64,000 nucleotides of DNA from assembly GCA_000434675.1 (NCBI GenBank), contig HF988637.1:31244-95243 (forward strand), written 5' to 3'. Of the stretch, positions 46,254 to 55,849 are shown piece by piece. The notes under the pieces were generated by a model. That model was given only the letters and a program-made list of their open reading frames with translations, was not told the origin of the DNA and did no database searches. This DNA is from Faecalibacterium sp. CAG:1138 (lineage in GTDB: Bacteria; Bacillota; Clostridia; Christensenellales; CAG-917). The first letter of the stretch is position 1. Each line of letters starts with the position of its first letter. The position numbers were made by a program, and so were the translations under genes.

Positions 46254-48038
46254 ATGGCAAAAGTTCTTGAAAGAAAAAAAGTCAACGACCGCTACAAATG
46301 GAAGGTCTCTCACATTGTTGAAAACGACGAAGTCTGGAACGAGAAGTTTCAGGCAATCGTGGCGGAATTTCAGATTCTCCCGACCTACAAAGGCAAGCTC
46401 GGCGACGACGCCACTTTGCTGGAGTTTTTGAAAAAACAGGACGAACTGACCATCGAATTGATCAAACTGTACCTCTACGCGCACATGAATTCCGACGCGG
46501 ACACCAGAGACGACAACTATCAGCAAATGCAACGTCGCATTCAGTCGGCGCTCGTTATGATTTCCAGCTCCTTAAGCTTTGTGGAAACGGAAATCTGCCT
46601 GCGCTCGGAACAGCAGCTTCTGGCGCTTTCCGAAAAGCCGGAATTTTCGGACTACAGCTATATGCTCGAAAAACTCGCCAAGGACAAAAAACACGTTCTT
46701 TCGGAGGAAGTGGAAAAGGTTCTGGCGGACGTAGGCAGCTTTTCGGGCGGATTCAGGGAAGCTTTCTCGATGTTCGACAACGCAGACGTTAAATTCAAAA
46801 AAATCACCATCGACGGCGTCGAAACCGAAATGAGCCACGGCGTGTACGGCTACGCTCTGCAATGCGCCGATCAGGCAACCCGTCAGGCGGCTTTCGAAAG
46901 CATGTTCGGCGCTTATAAGGATCATATCAACACCATCGCGGCGCTCTACGGAAACCACGTCAAAAAGGACGCTTTCTACGCAAAAACCAAAAAATACGAC
47001 AGCTGTCTGTCGATGGCGTTGGAGCAAAACGACGTCGATCCTGCGGCATACGAAAACCTTATCAAAATGGTGGACGAAAACTGCAAATACATGCACAAAT
47101 ATATGGCTTTCAGAAAGAAGGCTTTGGGCGTAGAGAAGCTGAATATGTGGGATTTGCACACCTCCATCGTCAAGGACGTGGACATTGCCGTTCCTTACGA
47201 AAAGGCTTACAAAATGGTCAAAGAGGCTTTGAAACCGCTTGGCGAAGAATATCAGGGACTTCTGACCGAAGCCTACGAAAACGGCTGGATTGACGTTTGC
47301 GAAACCAAAGGCAAGAGAAGCGGCGCTTACAGCACTTCAACCTACGGTTGCCACCCGTTCGTTTTGCTTAACTATCAGCAGACGAGCCACGACATTTTCA
47401 CCATCGCTCACGAACTCGGCCACGCTATGCACAGCCACTACAGCCAGGAAAATCAGCCGTTTTCAAAGAGCGACTACGTCATTTTCGTTGCCGAAATCGC
47501 CAGCACCGTGAACGAAGTTCTGATGCTTAAGTACCTCATTTCCAAAACCAAAGACGTGGAAATGAAAAAATATCTGCTCAGCTACTACCTCGACATGTTC
47601 CGCACCACGCTGTTCAGACAAACCATGTTTGCCGAATTCGAACTCGAGGCTCACAAGCTGGCCGAGGCCGACGCTCCTATCACCGCAAACGCTTTGAGCG
47701 AGATTTACTATAACCTTAACAAAAAATACTACGGCAAAGCGGTTACCCACAACGACCTCATCAGATACGAATGGGCGCGTATTCCGCACTTCTACACCAG
47801 CTTCTACGTCTATCAGTACGCAACCGGCATCACGGCGGCAATCTCCATTGCAAACAACATTTTGAAGAACGGAGAAAAGGCGTTTAAGGGCTACAAACAG
47901 TTCCTTTCCGCAGGCGGCAGCATGCCTCCTATCGAAATTCTTAAACTCGCGGGCGTGGATCTCACCACCGAGGAGCCGTTTAAGGTTGCGATGAAAGAAT
48001 TCAAGGATACCTTGAACGAACTTATCAAAATATATTGA
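46254..48038 (+). CDS. pepF: Oligoendopeptidase F (M3B)
   Basis: Zinc motif HELGHAMH with a downstream E. 594 aa. The N-terminus ...RYKWKVSHI... has the typical PepF length and layout. Confidence 0.9.
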   Translation: MAKVLERKKVNDRYKWKVSHIVENDEVWNEKFQAIVAEFQILPTYKGKLGDDATLLEFLKKQDELTIELIKLYLYAHMNSDADTRDDNYQQMQRRIQSALVMISSSLSFVETEICLRSEQQLLALSEKPEFSDYSYMLEKLAKDKKHVLSEEVEKVLADVGSFSGGFREAFSMFDNADVKFKKITIDGVETEMSHGVYGYALQCADQATRQAAFESMFGAYKDHINTIAALYGNHVKKDAFYAKTKKYDSCLSMALEQNDVDPAAYENLIKMVDENCKYMHKYMAFRKKALGVEKLNMWDLHTSIVKDVDIAVPYEKAYKMVKEALKPLGEEYQGLLTEAYENGWIDVCETKGKRSGAYSTSTYGCHPFVLLNYQQTSHDIFTIAHELGHAMHSHYSQENQPFSKSDYVIFVAEIASTVNEVLMLKYLISKTKDVEMKKYLLSYYLDMFRTTLFRQTMFAEFELEAHKLAEADAPITANALSEIYYNLNKKYYGKAVTHNDLIRYEWARIPHFYTSFYVYQYATGITAAISIANNILKNGEKAFKGYKQFLSAGGSMPPIEILKLAGVDLTTEEPFKVAMKEFKDTLNELIKIY

Positions 48039-48766
48039 AAACGTCAAAAAAACTGAAATTTTTCGCGCTTGCGGCGCTGCTGACGCTTTTTGCGCTCACG
48101 GCCGCGGGCTGCGCGGAAATTACTTTCCGTTACACCGACGACGGAGTGAAAAAATATCAGACGGTAACGGTTAAAATCGACGGGGAGTATCTCGAACGGA
48201 ACGGCTACGACAAAACGGAAGTGCTTTCCGCGGTTTCGGACGCTTTTTTGGAAGAGGGCTACGAAACGGAAATCGTAGAGAAAAGCGACACCGTCATCGC
48301 AAAACTGGAGCTGACCGAAGACCACGAAGGCATCGTAGGTTCGGGCTACGTCGAGGACAGGGTTACGGAGAAAAAACGCTTTTTCTACACCGATTTCGTG
48401 CACGAAGGGCACACCGCGTTTTCGCCGTCGGAGGACGGAGTTTACAACTACGTCTATTTCACCGTTCTGCAAAAGAGCTTGCAAATTTCGGGCGGGCAGG
48501 ATATAATAGAAATCGACAAATTGAAGATTTATTTCGAATACGCCACGATTTTCCGTCAGACCTTTGCCGAAAACGGCGAGGAATACTTTGACGGCGAGCT
48601 TAAGGTTCTGCGTTACGACACGTCCTCGGACGCCGCCGTAACGTACAGATACCGTCGGTTCGACAGGTGGGCATGGTACGGCACGCTTGCCGCGGTTTCC
48701 GTGGCGTTCGCGACGTGGATTGTCATCGCCAAAATCAAAAAAACCAAAATTAAAAAATCGATCTGA
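48035..48766 (+). CDS. Putative lipoprotein with C-terminal TM anchor
   Basis: The TTG start overlaps the pepF stop. The signal peptide has lipobox LTAAGC. C-terminal TM WAWYGTLAAVSVAFATWIVIA. Confidence 0.6.
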   Translation: MKTSKKLKFFALAALLTLFALTAAGCAEITFRYTDDGVKKYQTVTVKIDGEYLERNGYDKTEVLSAVSDAFLEEGYETEIVEKSDTVIAKLELTEDHEGIVGSGYVEDRVTEKKRFFYTDFVHEGHTAFSPSEDGVYNYVYFTVLQKSLQISGGQDIIEIDKLKIYFEYATIFRQTFAENGEEYFDGELKVLRYDTSSDAAVTYRYRRFDRWAWYGTLAAVSVAFATWIVIAKIKKTKIKKSI

Positions 48767-48787
48767 CAAACGTCAGGGGAGGACAAA

Positions 48788-50518
48788 ATGCCAAAGAATA
48801 CAAACGCCAACAAAGTGGTTACGGCAAAACAGCTTCCGTACAACAGCGCAAACGAAGCCGCGCTTTTGGGTTGCTTTTTAATCGACGGAGAAGTGTGCAA
48901 CGACCTCGTTTCGGGCATCAACGCAAACTACTTTTTCATCGAGGCGCACAAAAATATCTACGACGCCTGTTTTTCGCTCTATAAGGAAGGCAAGCCGGTT
49001 GACATCGTAACCGTCAGCGACTGGTTGGAAAAAGCGGGCAAGCTGGAGCAATCGGGCGGTATGGAATATCTTTACAACATCACCGAAAACATTGCTTCGT
49101 CCGTCGGCGCAAAAACCTACCTTGACAACATCTATCGCGACTATCTGACTAGGCGCGTCATTCGTTGCGGCGTGGACATTTCGGAGTACGGCTATCGTTC
49201 GGAAAGCGGCGAAGCCGCTTTGAGAAACGCCGAAAGATGCGTGTTCGACATTTCGGAAAGTCTGGACAAATCCGATCTGGAGCAAATTTCCACGGTCAGC
49301 AATCTTGCCTACGACCGCATCGAAAGGATTCAGAAAGGGCATCTGGACGACAAGGGACTTTCCACGGGCTTTGACAACGTGGACGAGCTTATCGGCGGTC
49401 TGAGGCCGGGGACCTTCAACCTTATCGCGGCGCGTCCGGGCGTCGGCAAAACGGCGTTTGCCTTGAGCGTGGCCACCCACCTCGGCGTCGGCGAAGGCAA
49501 GCATATCGCCATTTTCAACCTCGAAATGAGCAAGCAAGAGCTTGTCGGACGTATGCTTACGCAGCTTTCGGGCATACCTAAAAAATATCAGGAAACGCCG
49601 AGAGCGCTTGCTCCGTCGCAGATTAAGAAGCTTTACGAGGTCAACGTCGCTTTGGGAAACAGCGAAATCTACATAGACGTCAGCGTCGAAAACACGCCTG
49701 CGTCTATACTTTCCAAGTGCAGAAGAATGAAGGTTCAGCACGGTCTGGATCTGGTCATAATAGACTATTTGCAGCTTATGAGCTCGGAAAACGCCGCCGA
49801 CAGAAGAGAAGGCAGACAACAGGAAGTTTCCGACATGAGCCGCAACATCAAAAAGTACGCCAAAGAATTGGACGTGCCGTTTTTGGTGCTGTCCCAGCTT
49901 AACCGCGCGGGCGAAGTAAGGGGAGGCGAGCCGAAGCTTTCGGATCTTAGAGAATCGGGCAGTATCGAGCAGGACGCCGACTTCGTCGCATTTTTGCAGC
50001 GCTACAATCCTGCCGAGCAAAACGGCGAAAACGTGCCGGCTGCAAAAGCGGTGCAATCGGTGTACAGCGTGCCGAACGTGGTGGAAATGTACGTCAAGAA
50101 AAACCGCCACGGAGAACTTGGGAAACTTGCTTTCGAATGGCAGGGACATCTGCAAAGATTCGTGCCTATCGAGGTGCCTGATTCGGACAACTACAAGCCT
50201 GTTTTGAAGCAATCCGAAAAAGAGGATAAACCACCGAAAGCCACTGATGAAACGCCGAAAATGCCTGAAAAAGTGGCGATTTTGCAAAAACCACAAACCT
50301 CTGCGGACATTTCGGCAGACGCCGAAATCGTGCTTAAACCGGTTGTGGACGACGCGCCTTTCGACGTGGCGGAAGACGCCGCGGCGGACGTTCCGTTCCC
50401 GACCGACAGCGACTTTTCGGAGGAAACCTTCGACACCTTCGACGAAGCTTCGTTCGGCTCGGTTTTCGACGACGAAAACCTAAAGCCCGTGACTGACGAC
50501 GGCGATATAGAATTCTGA
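48788..50518 (+). CDS. dnaB: Replicative DNA helicase DnaB with a ~117-aa acidic C-terminal extension
   Basis: N-domain PYNSANEAALLGCFL, Walker A IAARPGVGKTAFAL, Walker B VIIDYLQLM, and LRESGSIEQDAD. 576 aa versus about 450 aa typical. Confidence 0.9.
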   Translation: MPKNTNANKVVTAKQLPYNSANEAALLGCFLIDGEVCNDLVSGINANYFFIEAHKNIYDACFSLYKEGKPVDIVTVSDWLEKAGKLEQSGGMEYLYNITENIASSVGAKTYLDNIYRDYLTRRVIRCGVDISEYGYRSESGEAALRNAERCVFDISESLDKSDLEQISTVSNLAYDRIERIQKGHLDDKGLSTGFDNVDELIGGLRPGTFNLIAARPGVGKTAFALSVATHLGVGEGKHIAIFNLEMSKQELVGRMLTQLSGIPKKYQETPRALAPSQIKKLYEVNVALGNSEIYIDVSVENTPASILSKCRRMKVQHGLDLVIIDYLQLMSSENAADRREGRQQEVSDMSRNIKKYAKELDVPFLVLSQLNRAGEVRGGEPKLSDLRESGSIEQDADFVAFLQRYNPAEQNGENVPAAKAVQSVYSVPNVVEMYVKKNRHGELGKLAFEWQGHLQRFVPIEVPDSDNYKPVLKQSEKEDKPPKATDETPKMPEKVAILQKPQTSADISADAEIVLKPVVDDAPFDVAEDAAADVPFPTDSDFSEETFDTFDEASFGSVFDDENLKPVTDDGDIEF

Positions 50519-50523
50519 TTTTT

Positions 50524-50553
50524 GCGGCGACATAGTGTCGCCGCTATTTTTTT
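50524..50553 (+). terminator. Rho-independent terminator after dnaB
   Basis: Stem GCGGCGAC-atagt-GTCGCCGC followed by TATTTTTTT. Confidence 0.75.
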
Positions 50554-50588
50554 GGCATACCGAAAAATTTGACGGAATATGCTTTACT

Positions 50589-50846
50589 ATGTTTGACGTA
50601 AAAATTTCGGATATTCTAAAAAGAGCGGGCGAAGATTTTTGCCCGTCTAAGGTTTCGCTTGCGGGAAATCGCGTTGCGCTAGTGGAGGGGCAGAAGGGGA
50701 TTTTGTCCTTTTCGGACGTTTCGGTGAAATTCAAAATGCCCGACGGCACTCTGGAGGTGTCGGGCGAAAAACTGGTTATCGAAGAAATTTCAAAAACCGC
50801 GGCCATAGTGTCGGGGAAGATTTCGGGAGTTTTTTATGAAAGGTAA
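50589..50846 (+). CDS. yqfC: Sporulation protein YqfC (YabP/YqfC family)
   Basis: About 85 aa. The pattern ...VSLAGNRVALVEGQKGILSFSDVSVKF....G.LEVSGEKLVIEEIS...A.VSGKISG matches the YqfC/YabP fold. Start moved to ATG 50589, downstream of the terminator. Confidence 0.8.
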   Translation: MFDVKISDILKRAGEDFCPSKVSLAGNRVALVEGQKGILSFSDVSVKFKMPDGTLEVSGEKLVIEEISKTAAIVSGKISGVFYER

Positions 50847-51948
50847 AAACCTCGTTTGCTTTGAAATTTTCGAGCTTAATCACGGGCGTATTCTGTCAAA
50901 AATCAGGGCAGAGGGAATTTACGTCGAAAAGGCCGTTTCCAAGGGCAGAAGTCTGCTGGTTTATTGTCGAAAAAAACAGTTGTCAAATATTATTGCTTTA
51001 TTTGACAGAATGTGTTATAATTATAAATCGGTGGAGTATGAAAGCTCCGTCGGCAGACTTTTAAGGCGCGTCAAATCGGGCGGGATATTTGCCGCCGCGG
51101 CCGTTTACGCCGCGCTGGCGCTTTACGCAAACGGACTTGTGCTTGACGTCAACGTCAGGTCGGAAACCGTTCCGAGGACGGAGGTTGTCGAAGTTCTGAA
51201 AAACCTCGGCGTCGAAGAAGGGAAGCGCCTCACCGTTTCCGAAACGGAAATGGAAAACGCCATAATAAAAAATATCGACGGCGTGTCGTTTGCAAGCGTC
51301 AAAAAGTCGGGTTGCAGACTGAACGTTACGGTGAAGGAAAGTCTGGACGGCGAACGATTTTTCGACTTTGACAAAAGCGTGATCCGCGCGTCGAAAAGCG
51401 CGGTGGTTACGAGGGTTATAGTCTGGTCGGGGACGGCCGAGTGCTCCGTCGGGAAAGCCGTGAAAGAGGGCGACGTCCTCATCGGCGGCTACTACACGGT
51501 CGGCGACGAAAAAGTGGGGACGGCGGCGTCCGGCGAGGTTTACGGCAAGTGCTATTTCACCGCCGAAACCTTTTACGGACCGAACGTCAAAACCGCAAGG
51601 CGCACGGGGCGGTCGAGGAAAAAGACCTTTCTGTCGTTTTTCGGCAAAAAGCAGGCGAGTTTCGATCCGGGCTTTCAGTCTTACGAAACGGTGATTACCG
51701 AAAAAACCGCGGGCATATTTTTGCCGTACAAATACGTTACCGTGGAGTGCTTCGAAACGGAATACGTTTTGCCTGCGCCGGATTTCGAGGTTGTAAGAGA
51801 GCGGCTTGAGCAGGAGGCTATGGCCCTTTGCTCGCAAAAAATTCCGCCGTCCGCGATCGTTTCGGGCGGGTGGACGGAAGTTAGAAAAGTTATGGACGGC
51901 TACGTCGTCAGGGCTACCGTGGAAGCGGAAATGCGCATTGACTCGTAG
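50836..51948 (+). CDS. yqfD: Sporulation protein YqfD
   Basis: 370 aa. The start overlaps the yqfC end. It has a central TM segment, and yqfC-yqfD synteny is conserved in endospore formers. Confidence 0.8.
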   Translation: MKGKNLVCFEIFELNHGRILSKIRAEGIYVEKAVSKGRSLLVYCRKKQLSNIIALFDRMCYNYKSVEYESSVGRLLRRVKSGGIFAAAAVYAALALYANGLVLDVNVRSETVPRTEVVEVLKNLGVEEGKRLTVSETEMENAIIKNIDGVSFASVKKSGCRLNVTVKESLDGERFFDFDKSVIRASKSAVVTRVIVWSGTAECSVGKAVKEGDVLIGGYYTVGDEKVGTAASGEVYGKCYFTAETFYGPNVKTARRTGRSRKKTFLSFFGKKQASFDPGFQSYETVITEKTAGIFLPYKYVTVECFETEYVLPAPDFEVVRERLEQEAMALCSQKIPPSAIVSGGWTEVRKVMDGYVVRATVEAEMRIDS

Positions 51949-51972
51949 CGACAAAAAACATAAGGAGAAAAA

Positions 51973-53412
51973 ATGGAAAACACTTCGTTAAAAACGACGG
52001 GCAAAGACTTTGTCAAAACGTTTTTGCTGAGCCTGTTTCTGATCTGCGTCTTCGCGGGGCTTCTGACGACTTTCGTCGCGGCCTGGTACGGGGCGACGCC
52101 GGCGGAAGGGTTCGGGTCGGACAAGTTTTTCGAAAACATGGCGCTGTTTGCGATAATGGCGTTCATATTCGTTGCGGTGTACGCTTACATGCACTATTTC
52201 GAAGCAAAGCACCTCACCGTGAAGAATATGACCATCGTCTATCTCAACATGGTGCTTGCCATAGTGATAAGCTGCATTTGCTCGGATATGCTGAACATTT
52301 ACGTTATGCCTATTCAGCTTTGCGCGATTATGGTGTGCCTGCTGGTGGCTCCGGGCGTTGCCGCGGTGTCCAACATTTCGCTTGTGCCGCTGATGCTTAT
52401 CATATTTTTCGTCAAGGCTCCGTATTCGTCGGAGACCATGGCCGCCGTGGTGGCCAGCGTTTTCTGCGGCTGTATAGGCGGCTTCGTGCTGCTGTATCTC
52501 GGCTCGCTGAGGCTGACGAGGATGAAATTTATCGGGGCAGGCATGGGCGTAGGCTTTTTGTTCGCGCCGTTCTCGGCGATACTTACCCTTGCTTTGGGGC
52601 AACGCGGTTCGGAAATTCTGTCGAACGCTTTGTGGGTTGTGGTGTCAAACTCCGTGGCGATAATTTTGCAAATGCCGCTGGTGCCTATTTTCGAAACCGT
52701 TTTCAACGCGGTTACCGATTATAAGCTGGACGAGCTTTGCAGCTATTCCAGCCCGCTTATAAAACGGCTTTCCGAGGAGGCTCCGGGAACCTTCAATCAC
52801 AGCGTAATCGTTGGCAATCTGGCCGAAAAATGCGCGCTCGCCATAGGCGAAAACACTCACATGGCAAGGGCGGCGGCCTACTATCACGACGTGGGCAAAT
52901 TGAAATCGCCGGCGTTCTTCATCGAAAATCAGGCGGGCGGACACAACCCGCACGACGACCTCATTCCGGACGTCAGCGTGTCGGTTATTTCCAAACACAC
53001 CAAAAACGGCGCGCAGATAATTCGAGAAAATCGTTTGCCGGAGGAACTGGCCAAGGTCGCTTTGGAGCATCACGGCACCACGCCTATCAAAGCCTTCTAT
53101 TATAAGGCCTTAAAGCTCACCGACGGCGGCGGACTGGACGACGATATGTATCGTTACGACGGGCCTAAACCTTCCACCAAAATCGCGGCTATCATCATGA
53201 TATGCGACTCGGTCGAGGCGGCGGCAAGGGCAATGAATCTGCATAGGCCTGAAGAAATCGAGGATCTTGCAAGGAAAATCGTGAACGAAAGGATAAACGA
53301 CGGTCAGTTCGACGAATGCGACATCACGATGAGCGACCTTTCGAAAATCATCGAGGCAATCGTGTCGGTGCTGGCAGGCGCATTCCACACCAGAGTGGAG
53401 TACAAAAAATAG
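51973..53412 (+). CDS. yqfF: 7TM-HD (HDIG) membrane phosphohydrolase, YqfF-like
   Basis: Seven TM spans are followed by an HD domain (HSVIVGNLAE...AAYYHDVGK...EHHG). It occupies the yqfF position of the yqfC...era cluster. At 479 aa it is shorter than B. subtilis YqfF. Confidence 0.8.
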   Translation: MENTSLKTTGKDFVKTFLLSLFLICVFAGLLTTFVAAWYGATPAEGFGSDKFFENMALFAIMAFIFVAVYAYMHYFEAKHLTVKNMTIVYLNMVLAIVISCICSDMLNIYVMPIQLCAIMVCLLVAPGVAAVSNISLVPLMLIIFFVKAPYSSETMAAVVASVFCGCIGGFVLLYLGSLRLTRMKFIGAGMGVGFLFAPFSAILTLALGQRGSEILSNALWVVVSNSVAIILQMPLVPIFETVFNAVTDYKLDELCSYSSPLIKRLSEEAPGTFNHSVIVGNLAEKCALAIGENTHMARAAAYYHDVGKLKSPAFFIENQAGGHNPHDDLIPDVSVSVISKHTKNGAQIIRENRLPEELAKVALEHHGTTPIKAFYYKALKLTDGGGLDDDMYRYDGPKPSTKIAAIIMICDSVEAAARAMNLHRPEEIEDLARKIVNERINDGQFDECDITMSDLSKIIEAIVSVLAGAFHTRVEYKK

Positions 53413-53413
53413 T

Positions 53414-53887
53414 ATGATAAATTTCTACAACACACCTGAAAAACAACAAAAGCTTATGAAGGCGGTTTATAGAGCCGCCCTCAAACATTTTTCGCAGCCT
53501 GACATCTTTTCGGTTGAAATCGAAATCGTTTCGGCGGACGAAATCCGCGAGGTGAACAAAAACGAAAGGGGAGTGGACAAGGTTACCGACGTTTTGTCGT
53601 TTCCGACGCTCGTCATAAAAAGCCTGCCCGTAACCAAAAAACAGTTTCCGACGGACATCGACTACGAAAGCGGCAAGCTTATGCTCGGCGACATCATAAT
53701 CTGCTATGAAAAAGTCAGGGAGCAGGCCGCCGAATACGGTCATTCGGAGGAAAGGGAAGCGGCGTATCTGACTTTGCACGGAATTTTGCATCTTCTGGGC
53801 TTCGATCACATCGAGGACGAGGACAGAGTCGTTATGCGCAAACACGAAGAAGAAATTTTGAATTCGCTCGGAATAACGCGAGACTAA
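53414..53887 (+). CDS. ybeY: rRNA maturation endoribonuclease YbeY
   Basis: Zinc motif HGILHLLGFDH. 157 aa. Confidence 0.9.
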   Translation: MINFYNTPEKQQKLMKAVYRAALKHFSQPDIFSVEIEIVSADEIREVNKNERGVDKVTDVLSFPTLVIKSLPVTKKQFPTDIDYESGKLMLGDIIICYEKVREQAAEYGHSEEREAAYLTLHGILHLLGFDHIEDEDRVVMRKHEEEILNSLGITRD

Positions 53888-53901
53888 CTTAAGAGGACAT
53901 T

Positions 53902-54795
53902 ATGAAATCGGGTTTTATCACAGTGGTCGGCAAGCCTAACGCCGGAAAATCCACGCTTGTAAACGCGCTCGTCGGGGAGAAAGTGGCAATCGTTTCCTGG
54001 CGCCCGCAAACCACTAGAAACAAAATTACGGGCATTATGCACGGCGACGGCTATCAGGCTATCTTTTTGGATACACCGGGGCTGCATACCGCCAAAAACC
54101 ACCTCGGCGATTATATGATGAAGAGCGTCAAATCGGCGTTAAACGACGTTGACGCCGTTTGCTACGTCGTGAACGCCGAAAAAGGCATGGACGACTATGA
54201 CGCCGACTATATTCGAAAAAGCGTGAAAAGCGGCACCAAAACGCTCGTCGTGGTCAACAAAATCGACGCGGTCGCGCCGGAAAACGTGCTTGCAGTTCTT
54301 GCCAAGCTCACAGAAATCGAAGGGCTTTACTCCGTGGTTCCCGTCAGCGCAAAACGCGGCGACGCCGTGGACGAACTGAGGGACGTCATCGTCAAAATGC
54401 TGCCGGAGGGAGAAGAGTATTACCCCGACGACGTTTTCACCGATCGCTCGGTGAGGTTTATGGCGGCGGAAATCATCAGAGAAAAGGCGCTTAAACTGCT
54501 GGATAAGGAAATTCCTTACGGCATCGGCGTGTACGTCAACAAGTTCGAAACTCGCCCCGACGGCCTCGTAACCGACGTGGACGCCGACATTATCTGCGAA
54601 AAACAGAGCCACAAAGCCATCATCATCGGAAAGAAGGGCGAAATGCTCAAACGCATTGCCACCGAAGCCAGAAAGGACATCGAAGAAATGCTTGACGGCA
54701 AGGTCTATCTGACGCTGTGGGTGAGGGTGAAAGAAGAGTGGCGCGACAGCGATTTTATGCTCAAAGAACTGGGCTACGATTCCACCGATCTGTAA
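53902..54795 (+). CDS. era: GTPase Era
   Basis: G1 GKPNAGKST, G3 DTPG, G4 NKID, and a C-terminal KH domain (...IICEKQSHKAIIIGKKG..LK). Confidence 0.95.
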   Translation: MKSGFITVVGKPNAGKSTLVNALVGEKVAIVSWRPQTTRNKITGIMHGDGYQAIFLDTPGLHTAKNHLGDYMMKSVKSALNDVDAVCYVVNAEKGMDDYDADYIRKSVKSGTKTLVVVNKIDAVAPENVLAVLAKLTEIEGLYSVVPVSAKRGDAVDELRDVIVKMLPEGEEYYPDDVFTDRSVRFMAAEIIREKALKLLDKEIPYGIGVYVNKFETRPDGLVTDVDADIICEKQSHKAIIIGKKGEMLKRIATEARKDIEEMLDGKVYLTLWVRVKEEWRDSDFMLKELGYDSTDL

Positions 54796-54857
54796 AAATT
54801 TTTCAAACTTTTGAATAACTTTTCAAATTTTGCAGACGCTACTTTCGAGGTGATACT

Positions 54858-54968
54858 ATGGAAACCGAAAAAGTTATTTGGAAGCTGTTTGAAAAAACGG
54901 GAAATCCGTGCTACTACCGACTTTTTAAGGCGGTGGAAAAACAATCGAAAGACGACTTTAACGAATAA
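54858..54968 (+). CDS. yqzL: YqzL-family small protein (36 aa; below the ORF-track cutoff)
   Basis: The sequence METEKVIWKLFEKTGNPCYYRLFKAVEKQ... matches the W.LFE.TG....Y..... pattern of YqzL. It sits between era and recO, as in Bacilli/Clostridia. The stop overlaps the recO ATG (TAATG). Confidence 0.6.
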   Translation: METEKVIWKLFEKTGNPCYYRLFKAVEKQSKDDFNE

Positions 54969-55678
54969 TGGAAGTTAAATTAAACGCGCTTTGCGTCAGA
55001 ACGATAGATTATAGGGATAACGACAGATTGCTGTCGCTGTGCAGTGTGGAAGGCGGAAAAATTCTTGCCAAAATCCGCGGCTGCAAGTCCCCCAAATCCA
55101 AACTTCGTTTTGCCGCAAGCCCTTTTTGCTTCGGGGAGTACATACTTAATTCTTCCCCGAGCGGACACTATACGGTGACTGGCTGTTCGGCGTACGATTG
55201 CTTTTCGGAACTGACTGCGGATATATCCAAATATTACGCGGGTTTTTTCGTTCTGGAGGTTACGGAAAAGCTGTCGTCGGAAGACGTGGAAAGCACCGCA
55301 AAATTGGTTCTTAAAGCCGTGGAATGTCTGAAAGAACTTTGCTACGGCGACGACGAAAGGCCGGAAAAAACCTTGATAAAATACGTCAAGGACGTGCTTG
55401 CCGTTTCGGGTTACGAACTGAACACGGACGTTTGCGCGGTGAGCGGCAAACCGCTTTCGGGGAACGTGGGCTTCGACCTCGTGTCGGGCGGTTTCGTGAA
55501 CAGGGAATACAAGACTGTCGACAACGTTACGGTGTCTGCCGCGGCTTTTCACGCTATAAAAGACGTAACGGACGCCGGCGAAGCGGAAGCGTCGGCGGCG
55601 TTTAGGGCGGTGGCCACCATTTTGTCCAGAGTAACCGGAATCAAGCTTTCAAATCTCGACGAATTTATGCGACTGTGA
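54968..55678 (+). CDS. recO: DNA repair protein RecO
   Basis: 236 aa with an N-terminal OB-fold pattern (...A.V....DY.DNDRLL.L....G). It follows era/yqzL in the conserved order. Confidence 0.85.
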   Translation: MEVKLNALCVRTIDYRDNDRLLSLCSVEGGKILAKIRGCKSPKSKLRFAASPFCFGEYILNSSPSGHYTVTGCSAYDCFSELTADISKYYAGFFVLEVTEKLSSEDVESTAKLVLKAVECLKELCYGDDERPEKTLIKYVKDVLAVSGYELNTDVCAVSGKPLSGNVGFDLVSGGFVNREYKTVDNVTVSAAAFHAIKDVTDAGEAEASAAFRAVATILSRVTGIKLSNLDEFMRL

Positions 55679-55698
55679 CGGTCGCATAATTTATTTTT
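55667..55698 (+). terminator. Rho-independent terminator after recO
   Basis: Stem ATGCGAC-tgtgacg-GTCGCAT overlaps the stop codon. A T-rich tract AATTTATTTTT follows. Confidence 0.6.
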
Positions 55699-55728
55699 GT
55701 CAAATTTTGCGGCAGGGCGGCAATTTAG

Positions 55729-55757
55729 TTGCCAAATTTCTTATTTTAGTATAAAAT
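55729..55757 (+). promoter_or_regulatory. Sigma-A-type promoter candidate for ppdK
   Basis: TTGCCA (55729-55734), 17 nt spacer, TAAAAT (55752-55757). Confidence 0.4.
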
Positions 55758-55849
55758 TTTTACGGTATAAATATATAGCGAACATCGTATAATAATTTTT
55801 TTCGACAAAAAACAAAAACATACACAATTTTTAGGAGGATTTATATTCT

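Noticed and set aside
54796-54857. The repeated TTTTCAAA(C/T)TTT motif between era and yqzL as a possible repeat element or CRISPR-like feature.
   Set aside because: There are only two short AT-rich copies, with no spacer-repeat periodicity. This fits ordinary promoter or UP-element-like sequence.
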